Positions 1-12,926 of a stretch of 64,000 nt of DNA are shown in pieces. The stretch lies in NCBI GenBank assembly GCA_964417675.1, contig CAYQJL010000282.1:1481-65480 (forward strand). Reading direction: 5' to 3'. Each line of letters starts with the position of its first letter. Within the stretch, counting starts at the first letter, position 1. The notes under the pieces were generated by a model, which saw nothing but the letters and a program-made list of their open reading frames with translations, ran no database searches and had not been told where the DNA came from. Origin of the DNA: an uncultured bacterium (GTDB lineage: Bacteria > Eisenbacteria > RBG-16-71-46 > CAIMUX01 > WJJG01). Position numbers and translations under genes: made by a program.

Positions 1-462
1 CTCCTCGAACGGGAACAAGACGAGCAGCTCGCGCACATGCCGCCGCAGGCACGCCACCCGCCCGGCCCGCCAGGCCCATAGCTGGGGGGCGATGAAGTAG
101 ATCACCGGAACGCCCGCCCGGGCCGCGTGCGGCAAGAGCCGCAGGTTGAAATCGGGGGAATCGATCGGCACGAACAGGTCGGGTGGATCCTCACGAAGCC
201 CGCGCTTGAGGCACCCGAGGAGGCGCAGAGCGGTCGGAAGCACCGTGACCGCCTCCAGCAGCCCGATCACTGCGAGCTGTTCAGCACGGCCCAGCAACTC
301 GATGCCCTCGGCGGCCAACGCGGGACCGCCGATGCCCTGGATCGCGCCCGCGAAGCCCTGCCGGCGCAATGCTCGTACGAGACCCGCTCCGTGGGCGTCG
401 CTGCTCGCCTCGCCCGTGGTGATCAGCAGGCGCGGCCGGCCGCGCGCGGGTGCCGAACTCAT
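1..462 (-). CDS. lpxB: Lipid-A-disaccharide synthase, 5' part (runs off window)
   Basis: Manual translation: MSSAPARGRPRLLITTGEASSDAHG...IDSPDFNLRL...YFIAPQLWAWRAGR...LFPFEE, which carries the LpxB motifs. ATG overlaps the upstream stop (ATGA). Not in the ORF track. Confidence 0.93.
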   Translation of the reverse strand, partial: MSSAPARGRPRLLITTGEASSDAHGAGLVRALRRQGFAGAIQGIGGPALAAEGIELLGRAEQLAVIGLLEAVTVLPTALRLLGCLKRGLREDPPDLFVPIDSPDFNLRLLPHAARAGVPVIYFIAPQLWAWRAGRVACLRRHVRELLVLFPFEE

Positions 463-1478
463 GAGCGGCGGACCGGAGGTCCTGTCGGCAGATCGGCGCG
501 CGGGGCGAGTTGGGCCAGGCTGCGGCCAACCTCGGCACGGATCCGTTCGGCCAGTTCGAGGACCCGCAGAGCCTCCTCGCCGCTGACCGCCGGGGGAGTC
601 TTCGTGCGCACCGCTTCCAGGAACGCCCGCGCCTCTTGCGCCAGGGCATCCTCGGGCGGGGCCTCCAGCACCGTTTCCTGAACGCGGAACCGCCCGGTGG
701 CCGGCACCTCGATCGGACCGTCCGGATCGGCTTCCACATGGACCCGCCGTCCGCAACGACTGCCCAGATCCAGCGAGATGTACCCGCTGGGCCCGAAGAA
801 CCGGATCTTGCGCACGCGCTCCTGCGACACCCGGCTGGCGGTCAGGTTGGCCACCGTGCCGTTGGCAAACCGCAGGTGCACGTTGGCGATGTCCACCCAG
901 GGAGTCAAGACGCCCACCCCGATCGCATCCAGGCGCACGAGCTCCGCGTCCACCAGGCTGAGCAGGATGTCCAGATCGTGGACCATCAGGTCAAGGACGA
1001 CATCGACATCCATGCTGCGCGGGACGAAGGGCGCCAGTCGTTCCGCGGTGACGAAGGCGGGTGTGCCGATCCGATCGCGCACGGCCCGAAACAGCGGATT
1101 GAAACGTTCCACATGGCCGACCTGAAGGGTCAATCCCGTCTCGCGGGCCCGCGCCACCAGCCGCCGTCCCTGTTCGACCGTCTGGGTCATGGGCTTCTCG
1201 ACCATCAGATGGCACCCCGCGTCCAGGACGCGCATGCCAAGATCGAAGTGGGTCTCGGTCGGTGTGGCCAGGACCACGGCTTCGCTGGCCGCCAAGAGCT
1301 CCTCGAGGTCGCTGCTTACCCGGGCATCCAGCGCCGCGGCCAGTTCCTGGGCCCGGCCGGGGCTGCTGTCGAAGAGGATCAGGGTCCGGTCCGGTTCCAG
1401 CTGGCGCAGCTTCTGCGCGTGAAACGTTCCCAGATGCCCGACCCCAACCACCGCCAGGGCATCGCGCTGCGTGCTCAT
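459..1478 (-). CDS. Gfo/Idh/MocA oxidoreductase, probable GnnA-like UDP-GlcNAc 3-dehydrogenase
   Basis: GVGHLG Rossmann motif, VEKP, GHVERFNP, DLMVHDLD; located between lpxA and lpxB. Confidence 0.85.
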   Translation of the reverse strand: MSTQRDALAVVGVGHLGTFHAQKLRQLEPDRTLILFDSSPGRAQELAAALDARVSSDLEELLAASEAVVLATPTETHFDLGMRVLDAGCHLMVEKPMTQTVEQGRRLVARARETGLTLQVGHVERFNPLFRAVRDRIGTPAFVTAERLAPFVPRSMDVDVVLDLMVHDLDILLSLVDAELVRLDAIGVGVLTPWVDIANVHLRFANGTVANLTASRVSQERVRKIRFFGPSGYISLDLGSRCGRRVHVEADPDGPIEVPATGRFRVQETVLEAPPEDALAQEARAFLEAVRTKTPPAVSGEEALRVLELAERIRAEVGRSLAQLAPRADLPTGPPVRRS

Positions 1479-1517
1479 AAGAGGCCTCGTCTCCCCTTCC
1501 GGCTGCCGGTGGACCGG

Positions 1518-2291
1518 CTAGCGGGTCAATCCTCGCACGGACTCCTCGACGAACCGGCAGAAGTAGTCGATCTCCGGCAACGGTTGGCATTCCCTGCGAA
1601 TCCGTGCCAGGGCCTGCTCCTTGATCAGCTTCGAACGGAAGAAGATGCGATAGAGCTTCTTGAGCTCCTTGATCGTCTCGGGCGAGAACCCGCGGCGCTC
1701 GAGGCCGATCAGATTCAAACCCGCGATCCTGAGCGGCATGCCGCCCGCCCGCACGAAGGGCGGCACGTCCTTGGGCACGCGCAATCCACCACCGATGATG
1801 CAATGCGCTCCAATGCGGGTGAACTGATGCACCGGCACCACCCCGCTGATGAGGGCGTAGTCATCGATGCGCACATGCCCGGCAATCGTCGCGGCATTGC
1901 CCAGGATCACGCGACTGCCCACCACGCAATTGTGCGCCACATGGGCATAGGCCATGATCAAGTTCTCGTTGCCGATGACCGTCGCCTCACCCTCGGCCGT
2001 GGCTCGATGGATCGTGCAGTACTCGCGAAAGGTGTTGCGCGCCCCGATGCGCGTCTGGCTGGGGGCGCCCTGGTACTTCAGATCCTGCGGCGCCCCCCCG
2101 ATGGCCGCGCCATGAAAGAAGTGGCAGTCCGGTCCGATGGTGGTATGCCCATCGATTCGCACCATCGAGTCCAGGCGGCAACCCTCCCCCAGGGTCACCT
2201 GCGGACCGATGATGCAATAGGGACCCACCTGAACGCCGGGCCCCAGCCGGGCCCCGTGACCGATGATCGCCGTCGCATGAATCTGACTCAT
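1518..2291 (-). CDS. lpxA: Acyl-ACP--UDP-N-acetylglucosamine O-acyltransferase
   Basis: IHATAII, hexapeptide repeats, PQDLKY, AHVAHNC, VHQF, GLNLIGLERRGF. Confidence 0.95.
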   Translation of the reverse strand: MSQIHATAIIGHGARLGPGVQVGPYCIIGPQVTLGEGCRLDSMVRIDGHTTIGPDCHFFHGAAIGGAPQDLKYQGAPSQTRIGARNTFREYCTIHRATAEGEATVIGNENLIMAYAHVAHNCVVGSRVILGNAATIAGHVRIDDYALISGVVPVHQFTRIGAHCIIGGGLRVPKDVPPFVRAGGMPLRIAGLNLIGLERRGFSPETIKELKKLYRIFFRSKLIKEQALARIRRECQPLPEIDYFCRFVEESVRGLTR

Positions 2292-3613
2292 CGCCGCGGC
2301 GCCTCCCTGCGATCGACGATGCTCGAGAGCAGATCGGCCTCGGCGACCATCTGGCCCTGCACGAACGCCTTTCCGGCCATCTTGCAGGTGCGCCGCTTCA
2401 GTTTCTGCAATTCGAGATCGAAGAGAATCTGATCCCCGGGCACGACCGGCCGCCGAAACTTGGCGTTGTCGATGCCCATGAAGTAGACGAGTTTCGATTC
2501 CGGATCATCGACCGTATTCAGCAACAGCACGCCACCCACCTGGGCCATCGCTTCGATGATCAGCACGGCGGGCATGATCGGGTGGCCCGGAAAGTGCCCC
2601 ATGAAGAACGGTTCATTGACCGTGACGTTCTTGAGACCGACCACCCGCTCGCGCTCTTTCAGATACAGAATGCGGTCCACCAGCAGGAACGGATACCGAT
2701 GCGGCATGATGCGCGTGATGTCATGGATATCGAAATGCACTTCCCTGAGCAGCCGCTCGTACTCGGCGGGACCCGCATGGGCCTTCACCAGCATCTGCAC
2801 AAAGGCCGCATTGTGATGGTGGCCGCTGCGGATCGCGTGAATGTGCCCGCGCACCGGACGCCCCACCACCGACAGGTCGCCGAGTAGATCGAGAATCTTG
2901 TGCCGCACCGGTTCGTCGGGATAGCGCAGCGGCTCGGCGTTCATGATCCCGTCGTCCTTGACCACCACGGCGTTCTGCAACGTACCGCCGCGAATCAGGC
3001 CCATCTCACGCAGCCGCTCGACATCCCGGTAGAGGACGAAGGTGCGCGCGGAGGCGATCCCGGCCTTGAAGCTCTCGGGCGTGATGTCCAGGCTCATATG
3101 CTGCGTGCCGAGGATCGGGTTCTCGAACTGGATCGTGAAACTGAGTTTGAGCCCGTCGTAGGGGGTGGCGATGATTTCAACCCCGTCTTGCGAGTAACAC
3201 ACCGGGCGACGAACGATGAACGGGTCCTGTGGCGCCGCCAGTTCCACGATCCCGGCCTCTTCGATCAGCTGCACGAACGGTGCCGAACTCCCATCGATCG
3301 GTTCGGGAGCCTCGCTGCCATCGAGTTCCACGATCAGATTGTCAATGCCCAATCCGCTCACCGCAGCCAGCACATGCTCGATCGTCTCGACCTGCGCCGG
3401 TCCGCTGCACAGCGTGGTATGCCGCTGCGAGGCCCGATCGGTCACCACATTCTCGGGGCACACCTTGATGCGCGGGCGCCCTTCGAGATCACCTCTCACA
3501 AACCACAATCCCTCGCCGGCTTCGGCCGGATGAAGCTGCATCACGGTCTCCTGGCCGCGGTGCAGGCCCACCCCACGGAAGGAAACGGTCCGTCCGATGG
3601 TCCGCTGCTTCAC
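2288..3613 (-). CDS. lpxC/fabZ: Bifunctional LpxC deacetylase / FabZ dehydratase fusion
   Basis: [23 protein letters not shown] and SGH (LpxC), then [10 protein letters not shown] and [13 protein letters not shown] (FabZ). The GTG start at 3613 overlaps the lpxD stop; the ORF track over-extends it. Confidence 0.93.
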   Translation of the reverse strand: MKQRTIGRTVSFRGVGLHRGQETVMQLHPAEAGEGLWFVRGDLEGRPRIKVCPENVVTDRASQRHTTLCSGPAQVETIEHVLAAVSGLGIDNLIVELDGSEAPEPIDGSSAPFVQLIEEAGIVELAAPQDPFIVRRPVCYSQDGVEIIATPYDGLKLSFTIQFENPILGTQHMSLDITPESFKAGIASARTFVLYRDVERLREMGLIRGGTLQNAVVVKDDGIMNAEPLRYPDEPVRHKILDLLGDLSVVGRPVRGHIHAIRSGHHHNAAFVQMLVKAHAGPAEYERLLREVHFDIHDITRIMPHRYPFLLVDRILYLKERERVVGLKNVTVNEPFFMGHFPGHPIMPAVLIIEAMAQVGGVLLLNTVDDPESKLVYFMGIDNAKFRRPVVPGDQILFDLELQKLKRRTCKMAGKAFVQGQMVAEADLLSSIVDRREAPRR

Positions 3614-4695
3614 GTCACATCCTCTCCCCGCTGCTCGAGTTGGCGCACCCGCTCCCGCAACCGGCGCACCTCGCGCTGCAACTCGGGCAGATGCCGCAGC
3701 GCGGCATACATTCGTTTGGCCAAACTGTGCGGCGTGGCCGGATAGCCGGAGACGGCCGTCTGCGCCGGCACCGACTTCGTCACCCCGCCCTGGGCACCCA
3801 CCTGGGCCTGATCGCCGATCTCGATATGGCCCACGACACCCACCTGTCCGCCGAGCGTCACCCGATTTCCAATCGAGGTGCTTCCCGCGATTCCGACCTG
3901 GGCGCACAGGATCGAATCCTCACCGATGCTGACATTGTGCGCTACCTGAACCAGGTTGTCGATCCGAGTTCCCCGGCGCACGCGGGTCACGCCGGTGGTA
4001 GCCCGGTCGACGCAGCTGTTGGCCCCGATCTCGACATCATCTTCGATGACCACCCGGCCGAGCTGCAGAACCTTGGTGTGCTTCCCATCCTTGCCGGTGG
4101 CGAATCCGAATCCATCATCCCCGATCACCGCGCCGCCGTGGAGAATGACGCGTTTGCCGATCGAGGTCTCCTCCCGGATCACGACGTTGGGATAGATCAG
4201 GCTGTCGGCGCCGATCGTCACGGCCGGACCAATGATGGCGCCCGGCAGAATCGTGACGCCATCGCCGATCACGCAGCCCGCGCCGATCAGCACATAGGGC
4301 CCCACCGCCACATCGCGGCCCAGCCTAGCGCTCGGGTCGATCAACGCCGTGGGGTGCACCCCCTTGGGAATCAGGCGCTGCTCGGCATGGAACAGCGCCA
4401 TCAGGCGATGGAACGCCGCATACGGGTCTTCCACCTGGATGCCGGCGCGCCCCTCGAAAGCATGCTGCACTGGAAGGATGACGGCCGTGGCCTGCGTCTG
4501 CCCAAGCCATTCCTCGTAGCGAGGATTGCCGAGGAAGGTGATGTCGCCTTCGCGGGCTTCCTTGATCCCGGCCACCCCACGGATCAGCAGCTCGCCATCC
4601 CCGTGCAACCGCCCTCCCACCAACTGCGCCAACTCCGCGAGCCGGCGGGCCGGCCGGCGGGCGGGCCGTTCCTGCATGTCGCTGGACGTGCTCAT
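3610..4695 (-). CDS. lpxD: UDP-3-O-acylglucosamine N-acyltransferase
   Basis: GDDGFGF, VEIGANSCVDRA, DNLVQVAHNV. Start at 4695 or 4677. Confidence 0.93.
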   Translation of the reverse strand: MSTSSDMQERPARRPARRLAELAQLVGGRLHGDGELLIRGVAGIKEAREGDITFLGNPRYEEWLGQTQATAVILPVQHAFEGRAGIQVEDPYAAFHRLMALFHAEQRLIPKGVHPTALIDPSARLGRDVAVGPYVLIGAGCVIGDGVTILPGAIIGPAVTIGADSLIYPNVVIREETSIGKRVILHGGAVIGDDGFGFATGKDGKHTKVLQLGRVVIEDDVEIGANSCVDRATTGVTRVRRGTRIDNLVQVAHNVSIGEDSILCAQVGIAGSTSIGNRVTLGGQVGVVGHIEIGDQAQVGAQGGVTKSVPAQTAVSGYPATPHSLAKRMYAALRHLPELQREVRRLRERVRQLEQRGEDVT

Positions 4696-4699
4696 AGAG

Positions 4700-5227
4700 C
4701 TAGTCGGTTCCTTCCCGGCTATTGAGCCGGTCGACCACCAGTGCGGTGATGTCGTGATCCGGATCGGCATACAGGATGTTGTTGTCGGCCGCGTCCAGGA
4801 TGAAATCGTACCCCTCTTCCACGGCCAGCTGGGCCAGAAGCGTCTGGACCTCGTTGATGATGGGACGCAACAGCTCTTCGTTGCGCCGTTCAAGCTCCCC
4901 CTCCGGTCCCCACACACTCTGGATGAATTGCTCATACTCGTTGAGCTGCCGCTGGTACTCCATCTCGCGCTCCTGCCGGCGCTCGTCGCTCAGCATCAAC
5001 GACTGGCTCTGCAGGTCGGCTTGCATTTCCTCGAGTTCGCTCTTGCGACGCATCGCCTCTTCGTTCCAACCCTGCACATCCCGGTTGAACGTTTCCACCA
5101 CCGTTTGCACGGCGGCGTACTCCGAGAGCACGACTTCGCTGTTGATGAAGGCGATCCGCAGCTCAGCGCCTGCCGGAGCCGCCGCGACCAACCCGCCCAA
5201 GAGACATAGAACGAAGAGATTGCGCAT
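4700..5227 (-). CDS. skp: Skp/OmpH periplasmic chaperone
   Basis: Signal peptide, RIAFIN, coiled coil, GYDFILD...DITALV; between bamA and lpxD. Confidence 0.9.
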   Translation of the reverse strand: MRNLFVLCLLGGLVAAAPAGAELRIAFINSEVVLSEYAAVQTVVETFNRDVQGWNEEAMRRKSELEEMQADLQSQSLMLSDERRQEREMEYQRQLNEYEQFIQSVWGPEGELERRNEELLRPIINEVQTLLAQLAVEEGYDFILDAADNNILYADPDHDITALVVDRLNSREGTD

Positions 5228-5305
5228 GCGATTCCTCCATGTCCGGAGATACGTTGCGAAGGATCCTAGACAAAGGAGCCGGCCTGATGCCAGCCCTTAT
5301 TCTCC

Positions 5306-5352
5306 CCGCGTCGCCACCCATACCGCGTGGCCACCCATACCGCGTGGCCACC
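5306..5352. repeat. 17-bp tandem repeat (CCACCCATACCGCGTGG x2 plus partial copies), intergenic
   Basis: Exact copies at 5314-5330 and 5331-5347 with partial flanking copies. Confidence 0.85.
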
Positions 5353-5402
5353 GCCGTCGTTTCGCCACCGCCGGCGCGTCGCGACCCATCCCGCGACCGG
5401 CC

Positions 5403-7742
5403 CTAGAACTGAGGTCCGAAGGCGAAGTGCGTCTTCCAGCGCTTGCGCTCGAAACCGTAGGCATAATAGAGCCCGATCGGACCCAGCATCGGCACCTCCA
5501 TCGTGATGCCGACCCCCGCACCCAACTTCAACCCACTCAAGGACATATCGTACCCCGAATTCCACGTGTCCCCGGCGTCGAAGAACAGGGCGCCGTAGAG
5601 GGGCGCGACCACCGGGAATTGAAACTCTGCCGTGAACGCCAGGAGATAATTCCCGCCCGGGAAGCGATACTCGCGACCATCGCTGTAGGTCTTGATGTTC
5701 TCCTCTGGCACAATGTAGTAGTCGTCGTAGCCGCGCAGGAGGTTGAACCCCGTGATGCCCCCCATCCGATACCGTTCCGCGGGGGGCATGCTGCCCTGGC
5801 GCTCATAGGTTCCCAGCATCCCGAAACGGCCTCGAATCATGAGCACCGGCTTCCAGAAGGGGATCAGGTATTGGCGGTGATCGAGGCTGAACTCGTAGAA
5901 ATCCATCGATCCACCCAGCAGGCCGCCGTTGAACTCCGTGCGCAGAGTCGTGCGGGCCCCCATGCTCGGGTGGAAGGGATTGTCGGTCGAATTCCGATAC
6001 CAGGACATAAACAGCCGTGACAGGGTTCCTTCACCCTGAATCAGGAGTCTCTGGGTATCCTCGGGGAGCGAGTTGTAGTCGCGGTAGCGCGTATCGCTCA
6101 GCGAGTACCCCACCGTCATCCGCGTGTAATCGGGCCAGTCCAGGAACCAGGGGAATCCTACGCGCACGCCGCCCCCGCGCAAGCGGTGCCAGTAGGAGGC
6201 ATCCAGACCGGTGCCGGCATAGACCCGCCGATAGGTCTCGGTGTTGTAGAGATCGACGCCGGCCGAGATCGGGCGGCCCAGGACCCACGGCTCGGTGAAG
6301 GACAGGTCGTAGTACTCGCGGCGGCTGCCACGCTCCACTTCCATCGAAAGCGCCTGGCCGTTGCCGAAGAGATTGTTGTGCCCGATCTTCACGAATCCGG
6401 TCAGGCCGATTTGGCTCGAATAGCCGGCTCCCGCATTGAACTGCGCCGAGCTCTTCTCCAGCACGCGGAAGGTGACATTGACTTCCCCCGACTCGGCCGC
6501 CGGGTTGAACTCAATTTGCACATCCTCGAAGTAGCCGGTGGCGAAGATGTCTCGCTGCGAACGCAGCAGCGCGCTGCGCCGGAGAAGATCCCCGGGGTAG
6601 AGCTTCATCTCGCGCCGGACGACATGTTCCTTCGTCCGAGTGTTGCCGACGATCTTGATCTCCCCGACCCGCGAGGGATCCCCTTCATGGACCATGAAGG
6701 TCACCCCGACCTCATCGCCGCGCACCCGCGTCAGCGGTTCGATGCGCAGTTCGACGAGATAACCTCGTTCGGTATAGCGGTCGTAGAGCGCCGCGAGGGT
6801 TTCGTCCACCTTGCTCTGGTCGTAGGGATCGCCGGCCTTGAAAAACAGCGCCTCCTTGACCTGCACGGAATCCAGGACACTGACACCATCCCACGCCACC
6901 GGCCCGAATCGATATTGCGGCCCCTCCTCGATCTCGAAGGTGATCTGAACCTCCTGGCCGTCGGCCGAGAACAGCGGATCGCGTAGCTGTGCCTTGGCAT
7001 CCTTGTAGCCCTGATTGCGGTAGAAGGAGACCAGGCCGGCCACGTCCACGTCGAGCTGCTCCCGGTTGAAGCGGCCCTTGCGCAGAAACCCCTTCTTCTT
7101 GACCGAGACCTTGCCGCGCAGCTCGTCCCCCGAGAAGGCCGCGTTGCCCAGAAAGTGAATGCCGGTGATCTTGACGCGCTGCCCCTCGTCGATCACGAAT
7201 CGCACGCGCACCCCCTCCTCGCCGGGATCGGGAGTGGCCTCGGCCCGGATGTCAGCCTGGGCGAAACCTTCATCCAGGTAGGCTGTCTTCATCGCACGCC
7301 GGGACGCCTGGACTTCCGCTTCGTCGTACACCTGCCCTTTGACCAAGCCGGCATGTCCCTTCAGATCCTCGGCACTGAAGAACTCATGACCCGAGAAGCT
7401 CACCTGCGTCACGCGCGGACGTTCCACGAAATGGAACTCGAGGATCAAGCCCCCGGGCGGATTGGGCTTGAGGTAGGCCGAGATCTGGTCGAACAGGCCG
7501 AGCTGAAAGAGACTGCGCACGCTCTGGCTCAAGCGGAAGGGGTAGGCGGGCTGGCCGATCTCGACCCGGACCGACTCGGACACCAGATCGGGATCCACTC
7601 GGGCAAGGCCCACAAACGCGATCGAATCCACCGGGGCCGTTTCCTGCGCGCCGGCAGGCACGCTCGACCCGGCAAGAGCACAACAAATGGCAACCCATAG
7701 CAGCGCGAACTGCCCACCCGCGGTGAGCTGGCTCCTGGACAT
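5403..7742 (-). CDS. bamA: Outer-membrane protein assembly factor BamA
   Basis: Signal peptide, five POTRA-like repeats (GNTRTKEHVVRRE), LRGY motif, C-terminal Phe. Confidence 0.93.
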   Translation of the reverse strand: MSRSQLTAGGQFALLWVAICCALAGSSVPAGAQETAPVDSIAFVGLARVDPDLVSESVRVEIGQPAYPFRLSQSVRSLFQLGLFDQISAYLKPNPPGGLILEFHFVERPRVTQVSFSGHEFFSAEDLKGHAGLVKGQVYDEAEVQASRRAMKTAYLDEGFAQADIRAEATPDPGEEGVRVRFVIDEGQRVKITGIHFLGNAAFSGDELRGKVSVKKKGFLRKGRFNREQLDVDVAGLVSFYRNQGYKDAKAQLRDPLFSADGQEVQITFEIEEGPQYRFGPVAWDGVSVLDSVQVKEALFFKAGDPYDQSKVDETLAALYDRYTERGYLVELRIEPLTRVRGDEVGVTFMVHEGDPSRVGEIKIVGNTRTKEHVVRREMKLYPGDLLRRSALLRSQRDIFATGYFEDVQIEFNPAAESGEVNVTFRVLEKSSAQFNAGAGYSSQIGLTGFVKIGHNNLFGNGQALSMEVERGSRREYYDLSFTEPWVLGRPISAGVDLYNTETYRRVYAGTGLDASYWHRLRGGGVRVGFPWFLDWPDYTRMTVGYSLSDTRYRDYNSLPEDTQRLLIQGEGTLSRLFMSWYRNSTDNPFHPSMGARTTLRTEFNGGLLGGSMDFYEFSLDHRQYLIPFWKPVLMIRGRFGMLGTYERQGSMPPAERYRMGGITGFNLLRGYDDYYIVPEENIKTYSDGREYRFPGGNYLLAFTAEFQFPVVAPLYGALFFDAGDTWNSGYDMSLSGLKLGAGVGITMEVPMLGPIGLYYAYGFERKRWKTHFAFGPQF

Positions 7743-7846
7743 CCTGCCCCTTTCACACCGGACTCCGCCGGATGCGATCCTCTTTTCCTAGCGGCCGGGA
7801 AGCGCGCGTCTCTGCTGAAGTTGCGCGCCGCAGGCCCCGGCCCCGG

Positions 7847-10426
<2,580 letters not shown>

Positions 10427-10462
10427 TGCTCCTTTTCTGTATCTTCGGCCGCGGGCCCCGCG

Positions 10463-11545
10463 CTAGGACACCGCCGCGCGCATCTTCTCGCGTATCAGCT
10501 CCGCCCGATAGGCGTTGCGCTCTTGCGAACTCATCTCCCTCCCGGCCATCAGCTGGAGGTGGGCCGGCTGGATCGAAAGCAGGATCTGGTTGATCAAAGC
10601 CACCGGCGGTACCTCGTCGAGACCCAAGGTGATCCCCAGCCGGATCGCCGAGGCCAGACCGATAGCTTCCTGAGAGGACATCAGATGCGCATGGGCCAGC
10701 ACGCCCACCGCGCGCATGACCTTGTCACGAATCTGCTGGACCGCATCTTTCAGAAGGACATCCCGGGCCTTCTCCTCGTAGTCGAGCAGTTGTCGCACCA
10801 CCCGCTCGAGGTTCAGGAGCGCCTGGGTTTCCTTCTCCCCCAATGTAATCTGGTTCGAGATCTGAAAGAAGTTCCCGATGACGTCGGTTCCCTCGCCGTA
10901 GAACCCACGAACGGCCAATCCCACCTGGGTAACTCCCGCGAGGACCTTCTTGATCTTCCGTGTCAGGACCAGCGCGGGGAGATGGACAAGGACCGACGCC
11001 CGCAGTCCGGTGCCCACATTCGTCGGACATGCCGTCAGGTAGCCGAAATCATCGGAGAAAGCCCACTCCAGCGAGGCCTCGAGCTGGTCATCGATCTGAT
11101 TGGCGAGCTGATAGCACTCCTCCAACTGCAACCCCGGCCTGAGGGCCTGGATGCGCACATGGTCTTCCTCGTTGATCATCACGCTGGCGCCCTCGTCGCG
11201 GGAGAAGACCAACCCGGAATGCCCGCCGGAACTGGCGAGTTCATAGGAGATCAAGTGACGTTCCAGGAGGAATTGGCGCTCGAGCACGGGCAGGCCGCCG
11301 GTTTCGGTCAGCATCCGTGACTGAAACAGGCCGACCCCCAGGGCGGCGTTCTCCACACGATGCAGGACACCTCCGAGCTCCTCACCCAACCCCCGGCCGG
11401 GAAAGGACAGACCCTTCAGATTGCGGGCCAATCGAACCCGCGTGCTCAGGATGGCATCCGACTGAGGCCCCGCCTCGGAAAACCACTTGCCGGCGGTCGG
11501 CAACATCTCGCTGATCGGAAGGTGACTTTGCGTATCTTCTGACAT
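10463..11545 (-). CDS. mcsB: Protein-arginine kinase
   Basis: STRVRLARN, NEEDH, YLTACPTNVGTG, FQISNQITLG. Start uncertain (11545 or 11557). Confidence 0.92.
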   Translation of the reverse strand: MSEDTQSHLPISEMLPTAGKWFSEAGPQSDAILSTRVRLARNLKGLSFPGRGLGEELGGVLHRVENAALGVGLFQSRMLTETGGLPVLERQFLLERHLISYELASSGGHSGLVFSRDEGASVMINEEDHVRIQALRPGLQLEECYQLANQIDDQLEASLEWAFSDDFGYLTACPTNVGTGLRASVLVHLPALVLTRKIKKVLAGVTQVGLAVRGFYGEGTDVIGNFFQISNQITLGEKETQALLNLERVVRQLLDYEEKARDVLLKDAVQQIRDKVMRAVGVLAHAHLMSSQEAIGLASAIRLGITLGLDEVPPVALINQILLSIQPAHLQLMAGREMSSQERNAYRAELIREKMRAAVS

Positions 11546-11587
11546 GCTCTCCCTCATGACGCGCTCTCCCGGCCCAAGGTCGGCAGG

Positions 11588-12148
11588 CTATGCATTGCCC
11601 GCATTGGCCGAATTCGTCCCCCCGGCCGATGCGGCCTCGCCATCCTCGCCCACCGACAGCTCGATCTCTCGAATCCGGTCACGAATCATGGCGGCCTTCT
11701 CATACTCCTCGCGCTCGATGGCGCGTTCGAGCTCCTCGTGGAGCGTCTGAACCTGCCGGCGCCGTTCGAACTGGGTGCCCTCCTTGCCCGGGGCCTTGCC
11801 CACATGCCGGACGCTGCCATGAACCCGCCGGAGGATCTGGCGCAACTGGGTGCCGAAATCCTCGTAACACTTTGGACAGCCTAGCCTTCCCGTCTTCATG
11901 AACTCCGAGTACTTCAGTCCACAGCCGCCGCACTTGATCATGCCGACCTGGGAACTGCCGCCCGGATACAGGTTCTCCGCCATCCAGACCAGCTGGCTGG
12001 CGATCGAGATCGAGCCCTTCTCGACCATGGAATGGTAGCCCTTCTCCCGGGCACACCGCTCACACAGATGCAGCTCGGTCACCTGCTCATTTTTCACCTC
12101 TTTGACATGAATGGTCGCCTCGGCCACCTCACAGATCTGACATTTCAT
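11588..12148 (-). CDS. mcsA: McsB activator with four CxxC motifs and a UVR domain
   Basis: [32 protein letters not shown]. Confidence 0.92.
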   Translation of the reverse strand: MKCQICEVAEATIHVKEVKNEQVTELHLCERCAREKGYHSMVEKGSISIASQLVWMAENLYPGGSSQVGMIKCGGCGLKYSEFMKTGRLGCPKCYEDFGTQLRQILRRVHGSVRHVGKAPGKEGTQFERRRQVQTLHEELERAIEREEYEKAAMIRDRIREIELSVGEDGEAASAGGTNSANAGNA

Positions 12149-12191
12149 CGGTGTCCTCCCCGCATCCGGGTTCTCAGGCGCGTTTCGCGGC

Positions 12192-12923
12192 TCAGGGAAC
12201 GGGACTCAAGCGCCCGTCGGCCACTCTCCATCTCTTATCGGCAAGCCCCGCCAAGTATTCATTGTGGGTCGCCACGACCCAGCTCTGGAGCCCATTTCTG
12301 GCCAGTGAATATAGCAACTCAAATACACCTTCACCAGTTTCACGATCCAGGTTTCCTGTCGGTTCGTCGGCCAGAACCAAGGCCGGATCCCCCGCGATCG
12401 CCCGGGCAATGGCGACCCGCTGCTGCTCGCCCCCCGAGAGGCGCTGCGGCGGATGTTCGAGTCTGCTATCTAAACCAACCAACGCCAAGTAGTTGGCGGC
12501 CCGCTGGCGTGCTTGGCGCGGTTCGATCCCGGACAGCAGCAGGGGAATCATCACATTCTCGAGGGCGGTGAACTCGCTCAGCAGATGGTGATACTGGAAT
12601 ACGAAGCCGATATGGCTCTGGCGCAGGCGAGCCCGCCCTTCTTCACTGAGAGCGACCACGTCGCGGCCGCCATAGAGGATCTCTCCGGCATCGGGCCGGT
12701 CCAGGGCGCCCATGACGTTGAGCAACGTGCTCTTGCCAGAGCCTGAAGCGCCAATAATGGCAATCACTTCGCCAGCCAACAGCTCCAGGTCGATCCCCCG
12801 CAGAACCTCGATCACCGAATCACCCGAGGGATAGCTCTTGCACACTCCACGGACCGTGAGAACGGCGGGCCGTGCCGGGGCGCCGCCCTGATCTGCCTGG
12901 CTGAGATCGGCCACGGGTTGCAC
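12192..12923 (-). CDS. lolD: Lipoprotein-releasing ABC transporter ATPase
   Basis: [31 protein letters not shown]; adjacent to a LolC/E permease. Confidence 0.88.
   Translation of the reverse strand: MQPVADLSQADQGGAPARPAVLTVRGVCKSYPSGDSVIEVLRGIDLELLAGEVIAIIGASGSGKSTLLNVMGALDRPDAGEILYGGRDVVALSEEGRARLRQSHIGFVFQYHHLLSEFTALENVMIPLLLSGIEPRQARQRAANYLALVGLDSRLEHPPQRLSGGEQQRVAIARAIAGDPALVLADEPTGNLDRETGEGVFELLYSLARNGLQSWVVATHNEYLAGLADKRWRVADGRLSPVP
12308..12316 (-). promoter_or_regulatory. Putative internal extended -10 promoter for mcsA-mcsB-clpC, inside the lolD 3' end
   Basis: TGCTATATT on the minus strand within a locally AT-rich patch about 160 bp upstream of mcsA. Confidence 0.45.
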
Positions 12924-12926
12924 TCC

